A stretch of DNA of 64,000 nucleotides from Alphaproteobacteria bacterium (lineage in GTDB: Bacteria; Pseudomonadota; Alphaproteobacteria; CAAHEQ01; UBA3637), in the NCBI GenBank assembly GCA_045605805.1, contig JAZUQR010000008.1:43253-107252 (forward strand), in the 5' to 3' direction. A program made the position numbers and the translations under genes. Of the stretch, positions 1 to 8,663 are shown in pieces (positions within the stretch are counted from its first letter, which is position 1; each line of letters opens with the position of its first letter). The notes under the pieces are model-generated. The model searched no databases and was not told the origin of the DNA. It saw only the letters and a program-made list of their open reading frames with translations.

Positions 1-2
1 CC

Positions 3-776
3 CAATCCAATACAGGTGCCGCGATCGCATGGGGAATAATTGACAGTGGTGGTGTTTGGACTCAAATTATAACATCCGGCAATGGTTATTGTGTCGGTCT
101 AAGGGACGGGTATGCCTATTATGCAACCAGCCAGGGTTCAAATGGGACAATGATTATCGGGCATCTTGTGCAGTTGGCATCAAAAACCGATTATACCCTT
201 TACGGCGGAAACTCAAACTATATTTATGCTTGCAATGGCAATACCTGTGACGTGTATCCGATTAATTCAATTGTCAATGGTTATACAACGGGGCCATCTA
301 CTACATATACATTCCCCGCCAATATTGTGCAAATTTCTGATAGTTATTTTCTGCTTGAAGACGGTAGGATGTACAGTAATCAAAGCCTTATCACTTCAGA
401 TGTAATTGCACTAGGATCAGGATTCTTCTTGAAGGAAGATGGTGTTTATGTTTTATCAACAAGAGTATTTGCAATTGATGGTTCTTTTCAGACCATGTCC
501 GGAAATATATTGTTTTCCGGGGCCGGTTCAATCCAAAGGTCAACAGTTTACACTGTTGAAAATCCGGCGACAAATTACATTGCCTACAAGAAAGTGAGCC
601 TCCAGGATGCTTCAACAATTACAGCCACAACATCGACAACCGTTACGGCTGGCGGAACAACGTATACAAGGGATCTAAGTAAGGATTCCACATTTACACA
701 GCCACCGGACGATTTGAAAAAACAAACCCCAACCAAGTGGCAATTTTTGGAAATGATCAGCAATATAGGAGATTAA
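3..776 (+). CDS. Phage tail-associated protein, 3' part (5' end outside the window)
   Basis: Frame of ORF 150..776 stays open back to position 3; G/S/T/Y-rich beta-type sequence directly upstream of the tail-tip genes. Confidence 0.6.
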   Translation, partial: QSNTGAAIAWGIIDSGGVWTQIITSGNGYCVGLRDGYAYYATSQGSNGTMIIGHLVQLASKTDYTLYGGNSNYIYACNGNTCDVYPINSIVNGYTTGPSTTYTFPANIVQISDSYFLLEDGRMYSNQSLITSDVIALGSGFFLKEDGVYVLSTRVFAIDGSFQTMSGNILFSGAGSIQRSTVYTVENPATNYIAYKKVSLQDASTITATTSTTVTAGGTTYTRDLSKDSTFTQPPDDLKKQTPTKWQFLEMISNIGD

Positions 777-777
777 A

Positions 778-987
778 ATGACTGTTTATCACAAACTAAT
801 CAATGGCTTTATACTTAACAATTATGAATTAGGCGATATTACCGAAGAGGAAGCATTCGCACAAGGCTATAAAACGATCAATGAGCCACCACAAGACGGC
901 GAGGCTTATTGTGCCGAAAGCTTCAATGAGGGAGAACATCACATTGAGGTAAAATGGGTCGAATTCAAGGTTCCGGAGGAACAATGA
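778..987 (+). CDS. Small acidic phage protein, possibly a tail assembly chaperone
   Basis: 69 aa, GGAGA RBS, stop overlaps the next start (ATGA). Confidence 0.6.
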   Translation: MTVYHKLINGFILNNYELGDITEEEAFAQGYKTINEPPQDGEAYCAESFNEGEHHIEVKWVEFKVPEEQ

Positions 988-1526
988 CCGACAACACACT
1001 TTCGGAAGCATTAAAGGAAGCGTACGCCTCGGCCCCGAGTGATGTGATTTTGTTGCACACCTTGGAACTGAGGCACCCGACCTTTATTGATGACAACGGT
1101 AATCCGACAGCTATCCGGGTTGTGCGGGACCATATAAACCACACCTGTACGCTTGAAAACTCGGCTCCGCTTAACCCGGGCCAACCCGTTGAGTTCATCG
1201 CCATGGCCTTTGATTTGGAATTACCACCGGTCAATAACACGCCGACACCTGAAATTTCGGTCACGATTGATAACGTTTCAACAGAGATGATCTCTTATCT
1301 TGACCGGGCCGTAGAAACTCAGGACATGATTGAGCTGACATATCGGCCATATCTGTCTGATGACCTGACAACCCCGCAAATGGACCCGCCGATAACCTTG
1401 GTTATTACCGATATTCACGTGGACTGCTATAAAATTACAGCAACAGCCCGCATGATGGACATCGGCAACCGGTCCTTTCCGGGCGAGAATTACACCGTTA
1501 AAAAATATCCGGGATTAACACGATGA
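984..1526 (+). CDS. DUF1833-like phage tail protein
   Basis: ALKEAYASAPSDVILLHTLELRHP and YRPYLSDDL..P motifs; ATG at 984 preferred over 954. Confidence 0.8.
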   Translation: MTDNTLSEALKEAYASAPSDVILLHTLELRHPTFIDDNGNPTAIRVVRDHINHTCTLENSAPLNPGQPVEFIAMAFDLELPPVNNTPTPEISVTIDNVSTEMISYLDRAVETQDMIELTYRPYLSDDLTTPQMDPPITLVITDIHVDCYKITATARMMDIGNRSFPGENYTVKKYPGLTR

Positions 1527-1927
1527 CACATTTTGCTTGCAAATATATTGGTAAACCATGGGTGGCCGGCGCACAAGGCCCTGACCAGTTTGACTGTTGG
1601 GGAATGGTGCGCTGGATCCTTAAATATGAGTACGGCGTAGATGTGCCGGCGGTCAATGTCAATCCGGACAACTTAAGGAGTGTTTTGATCGCCTTTCGAG
1701 AGGATCCTGCTTTTCGGGCCTTTAAGGAAGTTCAAACACCGCAAGACGGCGATGTCGTTCTGCTTCGTCAATCAAAACATCCGGTTCATGCCGGCTTATG
1801 GCTTGATGCAGACGGCGGTGGAATTTTACATTGTTGCCGCGATGGCGGTGTTGTTTTTCAGGATTTGCCATCTATGCGCCTGTGCGGGTGGCAAATTGAC
1901 AGCTATTACCGAGTAAAAGGAAAATAA
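1523..1927 (+). CDS. NlpC/P60-family tail assembly protein (gpK-like)
   Basis: YIGKPW..G..GPDQFDCWG catalytic Cys motif, HAGLW and GILH. Confidence 0.85.
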   Translation: MTHFACKYIGKPWVAGAQGPDQFDCWGMVRWILKYEYGVDVPAVNVNPDNLRSVLIAFREDPAFRAFKEVQTPQDGDVVLLRQSKHPVHAGLWLDADGGGILHCCRDGGVVFQDLPSMRLCGWQIDSYYRVKGK

Positions 1928-4162
1928 ATGATTTACTTTTCACATATTACAAACCCTTTTCAGCCGAATAAGGGTCGGATAGATCGTGTCCTTGACGAAG
2001 GGAAAACGGTCTGGCAACTGGTCGAAGAACAGAAAGTTGACTTGAAACGCCCGACAATTTGTATGATCAACGGTGGTGCAGTCCTCAGAAAGTTTTGGAA
2101 CGACCTTGTTCAGCCAGATTCGCTTGTTTGCTTTATCACGCTTCCGGAAGGCGGTGGCGGCGGTAAATCCTCAAATCCAGTTCAGGTTGTTTTAATGGTC
2201 GCGGTTGTTGTTGCTTCCGTTTATACCGGTGGTGCTGTGGCGGCGGCCTATGGTGCTGTTTGGGGTGGTGTTGCGGCGGCGGCAGTTTCCATTGGCGGAA
2301 GCTTTCTTGTCAACACATTCGTTCCACCACCTAAGGCCTCTCTTAACGGGTCCGGCTCGGCCAACTCAATAGCGGCACAAAGTCCGACTTATTCCTTGCA
2401 AGCACAAGGTAATCAGGCCCGGCTTGGCAGTCCGATACCGGTTATTTATGGCCGACACCTGATTTATCCGGATTTTGCCAGTCAGCCTTATTACGGCTAT
2501 GCAAACGATGAACAATACACTTATCAAGTGCACTGCATCGGCCAAGGCTACTATGACATCGAGAAAATCCGGATTGAGGACACGCCAATCAGCTCGTTTG
2601 AAGAGATAACATATCAGATTATCAATCCGGGCGAGAAGAACACGCTCTTTCGTGATGATGTGGTAACTTCGCCGGAGGTTGCCGGACAAGAGCTTTTGAA
2701 AGGAAACACGATCGGGCCGTTTGTCTTAAACCCGACCGAAAGTGAAATTGACCGGGTGGAAATTGATGTTGCTTGTCAGCGCGGCCTTTATTACGCAAAT
2801 GACAGCGGCGGCCTGAACACAAAATCGGTTCAATGGCGCGTTGATGCCCGAAAAATTGATGATGAGGATAATCCCTTGGGTGACTGGTTCACTCTCGGGA
2901 CCGAAACATTGTCAGCCAATACGGTCAACGGTCTTTACCGGACATATGGTTATTCGGTGGCAAAAGGCAGATACGAAGTCCGGGCCACACGTTTAGATGA
3001 TAAAGATACATCTTCACGCGCTGGACATGAACTCCGTTGGGCCTCGGCAAAAGGCTTTATTGTATCAAATCCGAGTTACGGCGACGTAACCTTGCTCGCC
3101 ATTAAGATGAAAGCCACAAATAACCTGTCGCAACGTTCAAGCCGTATGGTTAACTGTATTGTGACAAGGAAGTTGCCGACCTGGTCACCGTCTGGTGGCT
3201 GGACCGGCAGAGTGCCGACACGCTCTATCGCCTGGGCAATAGCCGACATCTTAAAAGCTAACTATGGTGCAAGACTGACTGACAAGTCCATAGATCTTGA
3301 AGGTTTATACCGGCTGGATCAGATTTGGGCCGCACGGGGTGATACGTTTAATGCCGTCTTTGATTCCAAATTGACGGTTTATGATGCCTTGTCGCGAACC
3401 TGCAAAGTCGGACGTTCCGTTCCCTACATTCAAGGCGGCATTGTTCGCTTTGTCCGGGATGAGCCAAAATCAATACCGGTTGCATTGTTCGGGCCAAGAA
3501 ACATCGTCAAAAACAGCCTGACAATTCAATACATCATGCCCTCTGAAGATACAGCGGACAGCGTTTGTGTTCAGTATTTTTCGGACCGAACTTGGAAGAA
3601 CTCAGAGATAACCGGCAGTTTTGAAGGCTCCACCTCAGATAAGACGGCAACGGTTGAGCTTTTCGGTTGTACCGATAAAAACCAAGCTCTCCGGGAGGCC
3701 ATCTATATGGCGTTGGCTAACCGATATCGCCGGCGAATTGTGACATTTTCAACCGAATTGGAAGGTCTGATCCCGAGCTATGGGGATTTGATTTCCATTA
3801 CGCATGATATGCCGCATTGGGGTTCAGGTGGTGAAATCCTGTCAAAAAATGACATGACTTTAACGCTATCCGAGCCGGTTGAGTTTACCGAGGGCCAAAC
3901 TCACTATTTGGCTTTAAGAACTCGAACCGGGGAACTATCAGGACCGTACCGGGTAAAAGCCGGTTCGCTTCCGACTGAGGTTATTTTGCTAGATACTCCC
4001 GATATTCCTATCGATACCGGGACCGATGCAGAACGAACTCATTTTGCCTTTGGAACTCAAGACAAATGGGGAACATTAGCTCGTGTGACAGGGATTAAAC
4101 CACGCTCCGGCAAGGTTGAAATTACCGCCGTCATTGAGGACAACAGAGTTCACGCCAATTAA
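1928..4162 (+). CDS. Tail tip / host-specificity protein (gpI-like N-terminus plus gpJ-like domain)
   Basis: GNQARLGSPIPVIYGRH and TRSIAWAIADIL motifs; 744 aa; follows NlpC/P60. Confidence 0.85.
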   Translation: MIYFSHITNPFQPNKGRIDRVLDEGKTVWQLVEEQKVDLKRPTICMINGGAVLRKFWNDLVQPDSLVCFITLPEGGGGGKSSNPVQVVLMVAVVVASVYTGGAVAAAYGAVWGGVAAAAVSIGGSFLVNTFVPPPKASLNGSGSANSIAAQSPTYSLQAQGNQARLGSPIPVIYGRHLIYPDFASQPYYGYANDEQYTYQVHCIGQGYYDIEKIRIEDTPISSFEEITYQIINPGEKNTLFRDDVVTSPEVAGQELLKGNTIGPFVLNPTESEIDRVEIDVACQRGLYYANDSGGLNTKSVQWRVDARKIDDEDNPLGDWFTLGTETLSANTVNGLYRTYGYSVAKGRYEVRATRLDDKDTSSRAGHELRWASAKGFIVSNPSYGDVTLLAIKMKATNNLSQRSSRMVNCIVTRKLPTWSPSGGWTGRVPTRSIAWAIADILKANYGARLTDKSIDLEGLYRLDQIWAARGDTFNAVFDSKLTVYDALSRTCKVGRSVPYIQGGIVRFVRDEPKSIPVALFGPRNIVKNSLTIQYIMPSEDTADSVCVQYFSDRTWKNSEITGSFEGSTSDKTATVELFGCTDKNQALREAIYMALANRYRRRIVTFSTELEGLIPSYGDLISITHDMPHWGSGGEILSKNDMTLTLSEPVEFTEGQTHYLALRTRTGELSGPYRVKAGSLPTEVILLDTPDIPIDTGTDAERTHFAFGTQDKWGTLARVTGIKPRSGKVEITAVIEDNRVHAN

Positions 4163-4175
4163 GAAAGGACACATC

Positions 4176-4418
4176 ATGGATTGGATTCAATTTTTACAGA
4201 TCATCTGCGTACCGGCCTTTGGCTGGTTTTTTTATAAGCTCGGCGAACAGCGCAAAGAATTAAAAACTCTTGAGCGCGACCTCAACGAGTTCAAAGTTGC
4301 GGTGGCCAAAGAGTATGCCACTCAGGTTAACATCAATCGCCTGGAGACAAAGATTGATGAATTACATCAGCTTTTATGGGAGATGCACAATGAACACACC
4401 TCGCGGCATAAGAAATAA
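4176..4418 (+). CDS. Small membrane-anchored coiled-coil phage protein (holin/antiholin-like position)
   Basis: AAGGA RBS before ATG 4176; N-terminal hydrophobic segment MDWIQFLQIICVPAFGWFFY. Confidence 0.55.
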   Translation: MDWIQFLQIICVPAFGWFFYKLGEQRKELKTLERDLNEFKVAVAKEYATQVNINRLETKIDELHQLLWEMHNEHTSRHKK

Positions 4419-4797
4419 TAACCCCGGAAATATCCGGTGGGGATCGGACTGGAAAGGATTAAAAAAGGACGGAAAGCAACAGGATCCGTCCTTTTGTGTA
4501 TTTGAAACGCCTGAATATGGTATCCGGGCGTTGGCCAAATTACTCCGGAACTATCAGCGGCTTTATGGCCTGAACACGCCTTATCGGATAATCAGCCGGT
4601 ACGCGCCACCGACCGAAAACGAAACAGTTTCATATATTGACAGCGTTTCGTGGCAACTGAACATCACGCCGGACACGCCGGTCGACCTTTCGGAAGATGG
4701 TGTTTTGATGGTGTTTATAAAAGCAATCATTAGACATGAGAACGGCATACAACCATACTCTAATGAAACTCTATTGAAAGGAATTCAAATGGCATGA
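4390..4797 (+). CDS. Phage lysin (structural protein P5-like, lysozyme fold)
   Basis: TPRGIRNNNPGNIR, F..PEYGIRA, RYAPPTEN and AIIRHENG motifs. Confidence 0.8.
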   Translation: MNTPRGIRNNNPGNIRWGSDWKGLKKDGKQQDPSFCVFETPEYGIRALAKLLRNYQRLYGLNTPYRIISRYAPPTENETVSYIDSVSWQLNITPDTPVDLSEDGVLMVFIKAIIRHENGIQPYSNETLLKGIQMA

Positions 4798-5012
4798 AAA
4801 AGCGGCTTTGGATCCCGGTCCTCGGGTGGATCCTGTGCTACGGGTTTCTGCACAACTGCCTGATTTCGCCTATAACAGGCCTGCCGGTAGTGGACTGGGA
4901 GTATTTATTAACGGCCATGGGCATTTTACTCGGTGTCAGTGGCGTACGAGATATTGGGTTAAAGGAAAGGAAAAAACAAGATGTGGTATCAGATAACAAA
5001 CCTTTGGAATAA
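4794..5012 (+). CDS. Putative holin
   Basis: 72 aa with two hydrophobic segments, LLGVSGVR motif and basic tail; follows the lysin. Confidence 0.55.
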   Translation: MKKRLWIPVLGWILCYGFLHNCLISPITGLPVVDWEYLLTAMGILLGVSGVRDIGLKERKKQDVVSDNKPLE

Positions 5013-5202
5013 AGGTAAATACTGGATAATTGCCGGAGCGGTGGCCGTTTTATACATACTCGGCTATCGGCGCGGCAAGGAAAAAGAACAAGTCAAAGTA
5101 ATGAAAGGAACGGTGGACAATGTTAAAACAGCTAAGAATAGTCGGGACAGCCTGGCTGATCCTGAGCGCGTTAAGCGGTTGCACAACAAATATAAACGGT
5201 GA
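4981..5202 (+). CDS. Putative inner-membrane spanin (Rz-like)
   Basis: Single N-terminal TM segment plus basic helical region; overlaps the next lipoprotein ORF. Confidence 0.55.
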   Translation: MWYQITNLWNKGKYWIIAGAVAVLYILGYRRGKEKEQVKVMKGTVDNVKTAKNSRDSLADPERVKRLHNKYKR

Positions 5203-5314
5203 TTTTTGCCTTTTATATGAACCGGTGTATGCCGATTATGAGCATGATACCCCGGAAACGGTCCGTCAAATTGATAGAAACAATGTGATTTACGATGATT
5301 TATGTACAAATTAA
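5120..5314 (+). CDS. Putative outer-membrane spanin lipoprotein (Rz1-like)
   Basis: Lipobox LSGC; overlaps the Rz-like gene in another frame. Confidence 0.6.
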   Translation: MLKQLRIVGTAWLILSALSGCTTNINGDFCLLYEPVYADYEHDTPETVRQIDRNNVIYDDLCTN

Positions 5315-5411
5315 AAGATTTTGTTTGACTTTTCTTGCAAAAATGGCTCGAATCATAAGCGGAGGTGTCATGAACCTCTGTAATCTTAATATTAAGAAAG
5401 GAAAATTAAAC

Positions 5412-5684
5412 ATGAATAAAACTGAATTTGTTGAAGCAGTTGCTAAAGAAGCTAAAGCCTCTAAAGCCGCCGCAAATGAATTGGTAAACGCTGTTGTAGC
5501 TGTTGTTACAAAAGCATTGAAAAAAGGTGAATCAGTTCAAATCACTGGTTTCGGTACATTTGAAGTAGCAAAACGCGCCGCTCGTAAAGGTCGCAATCCT
5601 GCTACCGGTAAAGAAATCAAAATCCCGGCATCAAAAGCTCCTAAGTTCAAAGCCGGCGCAGTCTTGAAAAAAGCTGTAAAATAA
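5412..5684 (+). CDS. hup: HU family DNA-binding protein
   Basis: MNKTEFVEAVA...GFGTF...RKGRNPATG...PKFKAG; AAAGGA RBS before ATG 5412. Confidence 0.95.
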   Translation: MNKTEFVEAVAKEAKASKAAANELVNAVVAVVTKALKKGESVQITGFGTFEVAKRAARKGRNPATGKEIKIPASKAPKFKAGAVLKKAVK

Positions 5685-5703
5685 GCCAAATTTGTCTTAA
5701 TAT

Positions 5704-5736
5704 ACCTCACAGGTTCTATCCCGTGAGGTTTTTTGT
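5704..5736 (+). terminator. Intrinsic terminator after hup
   Basis: ACCTCAC/GTGAGGT stem followed by a T run. Confidence 0.7.
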
Positions 5737-5764
5737 TGCATTTTAATCTGCCATGGGTTATAAT
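5736..5764 (+). promoter_or_regulatory. Sigma70-type promoter for the structured leader and SLOG gene
   Basis: TTGCAT-17 bp-TATAAT. Confidence 0.7.
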
Positions 5765-5798
5765 GACCGAGCTTGGTTAGTTATGCCCAATCAGGCTA

Positions 5799-5988
5799 GG
5801 ATTCGATAAATCCGATTATCAGTATGGGCAGAAGGTATTTCTGTCGGCATCCGCCATGGATACGCCGAAAGATTGTGTTAGTTCATGGGTGGATGCCTGC
5901 CGAATAAGGTATCCACCCCAATAAGGCAGGACTATTTCTCATACTGATAATAGTTTATCGACATCCACCCGCCTCATCACAGGTGGGT
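5799..5988 (+). ncRNA. Structured leader RNA, copy 1 (C4/CI-like architecture)
   Basis: ATTATCAGTATG 5815-5826 pairs with CATACTGATAAT 5940-5951; TCGATAAA pairs with TTTATCGA; internal hairpins; homologous copy near 61.6 kb with compensatory changes. Confidence 0.6.
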
Positions 5989-6022
5989 AAATTGTTGATA
6001 TGGGGCGTATGAAGGGTGGATC

Positions 6023-6463
6023 ATGGGCAAGATATGCTCGTTTTTTGGACACAGTCATTTATATGGACAATCGGACCGTATTGCCCAACAATTAAGGCAA
6101 GTCATTATCAATTTAATCGGACAAGGTGTTGATACCTTTTACGTTGGCAATCATGGTGAGTTTGATATTTTTGCCAGCCGGGTAGCCTATGATCTGAAAA
6201 GTTTATATCCTAACATCCAAATCATTGTTGTTTTATGTTATCCAAATGAGTTGCAATACTTAAAATGTGCCTTCACGGATTTTTTGATGCCTCCGGAAAT
6301 AGAAGCGGCCCCCAAACGGGCTTGCATTGTAACTCGCAATCATTGGGTTGCTGATAATTCTGACTACATCGTCTGCTTTATCAAATACAAAATGGGTGGA
6401 GCCTATGCGGCTATCGAATACGCCCAAAAGCACCATAAACAGATTATAGAGGTGAGAGCATGA
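6023..6463 (+). CDS. SLOG-superfamily protein (DUF1273/YpsA-like)
   Basis: CSFFGH, FYVGNHGEFD, RNHWVADNSDYIVC and GGAYAAIEYA motifs. Confidence 0.75.
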   Translation: MGKICSFFGHSHLYGQSDRIAQQLRQVIINLIGQGVDTFYVGNHGEFDIFASRVAYDLKSLYPNIQIIVVLCYPNELQYLKCAFTDFLMPPEIEAAPKRACIVTRNHWVADNSDYIVCFIKYKMGGAYAAIEYAQKHHKQIIEVRA

Positions 6464-6498
6464 ACCAAGCAGGCATACGTCACATTTGGGCTGAACGG

Positions 6499-6527
6499 TT
6501 GACTTCGCAAGGGAAGACGGATAAAAT
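6499..6527 (+). promoter_or_regulatory. Sigma70-type promoter upstream of avd-TR-RT
   Basis: TTGACT-17 bp-TAAAAT. Confidence 0.6.
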
Positions 6528-6562
6528 TGGCCCGGTAAAAACTCATAAAGAATGGTGTAAAA

Positions 6563-7156
6563 ATGCGTAAAGATCAAGTCAGTCGTAATCAAAGAATTCA
6601 TATGCCCAGGAAGGTAGAAAACGTTTCGGGGCAATTAATGCTACCTGTGGATGTTGCTTCTGTAAAGCAAGCATTTGCAACAGCTAATGACAAACGATTT
6701 AAATATGCTGATGCGCTGGATCAAGCAACCAAAGAAGATCCGGAATTGCATCAAATTTCAACAATTCCAAGCGATTCAAGCGAATTAATTGTTATAACGA
6801 AACTTAAAAAACTGGGGGCTTATATTCTAGCCGTGACGGTTAAATCGCCGGCCAAATTTAGACCTGTTTTTATCAATCGGATGCAAAATTACAGCTTGTC
6901 GGCTTTGGAAAATTTATTGAATGCTAATTTTATTCGGATGGATAGCCCCGAACATAAAGCCCAGCGAGAAAAGCATCAAACGGATGCACTCATTCAGTTA
7001 AAAATGGTGGCATATGTTGCAATGCTGTCGGAAAATGCAAAGTGTATTTTGATGAGGCAGTATAAACAAATATCAATTCAGGTTGGTGAAATTATTAACC
7101 TGATTATGGCATGGAAAAAAAGTGATGATAAACAATGGCAAACAAAAAAGTTTTGA
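6563..7156 (+). CDS. avd: DGR accessory variability determinant (Avd-like four-helix bundle) with N-terminal extension
   Basis: ELIVITK...KSPAKFR..FINRMQN...AN...EIINLIMAWKKSD pattern; sits directly before TR and RT. Confidence 0.85.
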   Translation: MRKDQVSRNQRIHMPRKVENVSGQLMLPVDVASVKQAFATANDKRFKYADALDQATKEDPELHQISTIPSDSSELIVITKLKKLGAYILAVTVKSPAKFRPVFINRMQNYSLSALENLLNANFIRMDSPEHKAQREKHQTDALIQLKMVAYVAMLSENAKCILMRQYKQISIQVGEIINLIMAWKKSDDKQWQTKKF

Positions 7157-7195
7157 ATCCGAAAGGGTCAAAAGAGGGAAAGTTGATAATGCGTA

Positions 7196-7314
7196 TTGTG
7201 CCTCTTGGTCCGCGTCTTCAAATGAAAATGAAAACGTGCGTTGCGTCAACTATAAGGGCGATAAGAACTGGAATAACACGAATAAACGTAAAATCTCGGC
7301 GCGCCCCGATTTGC
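7196..7314 (+). repeat. DGR template repeat (TR)
   Basis: 119-nt ungapped match to 8822-8940; all 23 differences are at TR adenines; rich in AAC/AAT codons. Confidence 0.97.
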
Positions 7315-7569
7315 TTTTAAGGAGAACAACAAAATGTGGTCGGCAAAGACACAGATCTCTGAAACAAGCCAGATATGTGGATTTTAGAAAAAATCCGCCC
7401 GTGCTTAAAGCAAAGGAAACTTTCTCTTTTCTAACCGCTGTCAGCTTAATGCTCAGTGCGGTGGAAGAAGTAAAAATGCAAAGTTTGCGTTTTATGGGGT
7501 ATCACATATATTGACACGTCTTGTTTTAATATATTATCGGGTACCCCTTTTTTACAACAAAAGAGAACG

Positions 7570-8619
7570 ATGAAGATAGAAGAGATATTTACATTTGAAA
7601 ACTTGGTTGCGGCCCACAAAGCATGTCGGCTGAGTAAGCAACATAAACGAGGAACAATCATGTTTGAAATTGAATTGGGGCGTAATGTCACCAATCTGGT
7701 CAAACAATTGACGGCTAGAACATATCGTTTAAGTCCTTACAGATCCTTTACCATTTATGATCCGAAGAAAAGATTAATTGAAGCGTTACCCTACAAAGAC
7801 AGAGTGGTTTTAATGTGCTTTTGTCAGCATTCGGTAGCTCCCCGGCTAGAGAGACACCTGATTTATGACAATGCCGCTTCACGCAAAGAAAAAGGAACGC
7901 ATTTTGCGGTAGAGAGATTGCATTCATTTATGCGAAAGCTGTACATCAAAAACAAAACAAATCGGATTTATTTTTTGAAATGCGATATCAGGAAATATTT
8001 TCAAAGCATCAATCATGAGATTTTATTGGAACTGTTGGCCAAGACCGGTTTTTCGGCTGATGAGATGTGGTTTTTAAGGATGATCATTGAATCACACGGT
8101 TCCATCGGGTTGCCTTTGGGTAATCAGACCAGCCAATGGTTTGCCTTGCTTTATTTGAACGGAATGGACAGGCTGATTAAAGAACGTCTGCGTATGTCCT
8201 GTTATGTGCGCTATATGGATGATTTTGTTATCCTAAGCGAAGATAAAGCCAAATTACAGCTGTGTAGAAAGCAAATTGATGAATATGTCAAAGGATTAAA
8301 GCTGTCCTTAAATCAAAAGACACAAATCGGGCTGTTATCGGATGGTATTGATTTTTTGGGATTTAACCACAAATTATCGGCCACAGGTAAGATTATCAAA
8401 TCTTTGCGTGGATCGGCCAAAAGCCGCCAAAGAAAATACCTGAAAACCATCCGTCATTACTATTTGAATGATGTCCTGGATGATGAGTACCTAGACGTCC
8501 GTTTAGCCTCGTTTCGCGGGCATTTAAAGGGGACTAAGAACTGGATCCATATCAGCAACCGCTTGGCTTCCTTAAAACACGAGAAACGCCGTACAAAAAA
8601 AATTGTTGCAGAACAATAA
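7570..8619 (+). CDS. DGR reverse transcriptase
   Basis: IYDPKKRLI, KCDIRKYF, GLPLGNQTSQ (DGR-type SQ), YVRYMDDF and GIDFLGF motifs; no maturase or endonuclease domain. Confidence 0.95.
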   Translation: MKIEEIFTFENLVAAHKACRLSKQHKRGTIMFEIELGRNVTNLVKQLTARTYRLSPYRSFTIYDPKKRLIEALPYKDRVVLMCFCQHSVAPRLERHLIYDNAASRKEKGTHFAVERLHSFMRKLYIKNKTNRIYFLKCDIRKYFQSINHEILLELLAKTGFSADEMWFLRMIIESHGSIGLPLGNQTSQWFALLYLNGMDRLIKERLRMSCYVRYMDDFVILSEDKAKLQLCRKQIDEYVKGLKLSLNQKTQIGLLSDGIDFLGFNHKLSATGKIIKSLRGSAKSRQRKYLKTIRHYYLNDVLDDEYLDVRLASFRGHLKGTKNWIHISNRLASLKHEKRRTKKIVAEQ

Positions 8620-8634
8620 ATTGTATGATATACT
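8606..8634 (+). promoter_or_regulatory. Promoter of the DGR target operon
   Basis: TTGCAG-17 bp-TATACT with extended -10 TG; AGGAGG RBS before ATG 8664. Confidence 0.6.
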
Positions 8635-8663
8635 GGGAGTATAAGCTAAATTAGGAGGCTCAT

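Noticed and set aside
1-4162. Second VR in the tail genes
   Set aside because: No match to the TR seen by eye; remote targets outside the window cannot be excluded
7122-7514. 130-aa ORF spanning the TR
   Set aside because: It is open because the TR mirrors the VR frame; overlaps avd, lacks a clear RBS and is better explained as non-coding TR RNA
7511-7537. Separate promoter for the RT
   Set aside because: TTGACA is present but the best -10 hexamers lie only 13-15 bp away
7570-8619. RT as group II intron, retron or CRISPR-associated RT
   Set aside because: SQ motif, no maturase or endonuclease domain, no Cas1, and avd plus an adenine-specific TR/VR pair identify a DGR
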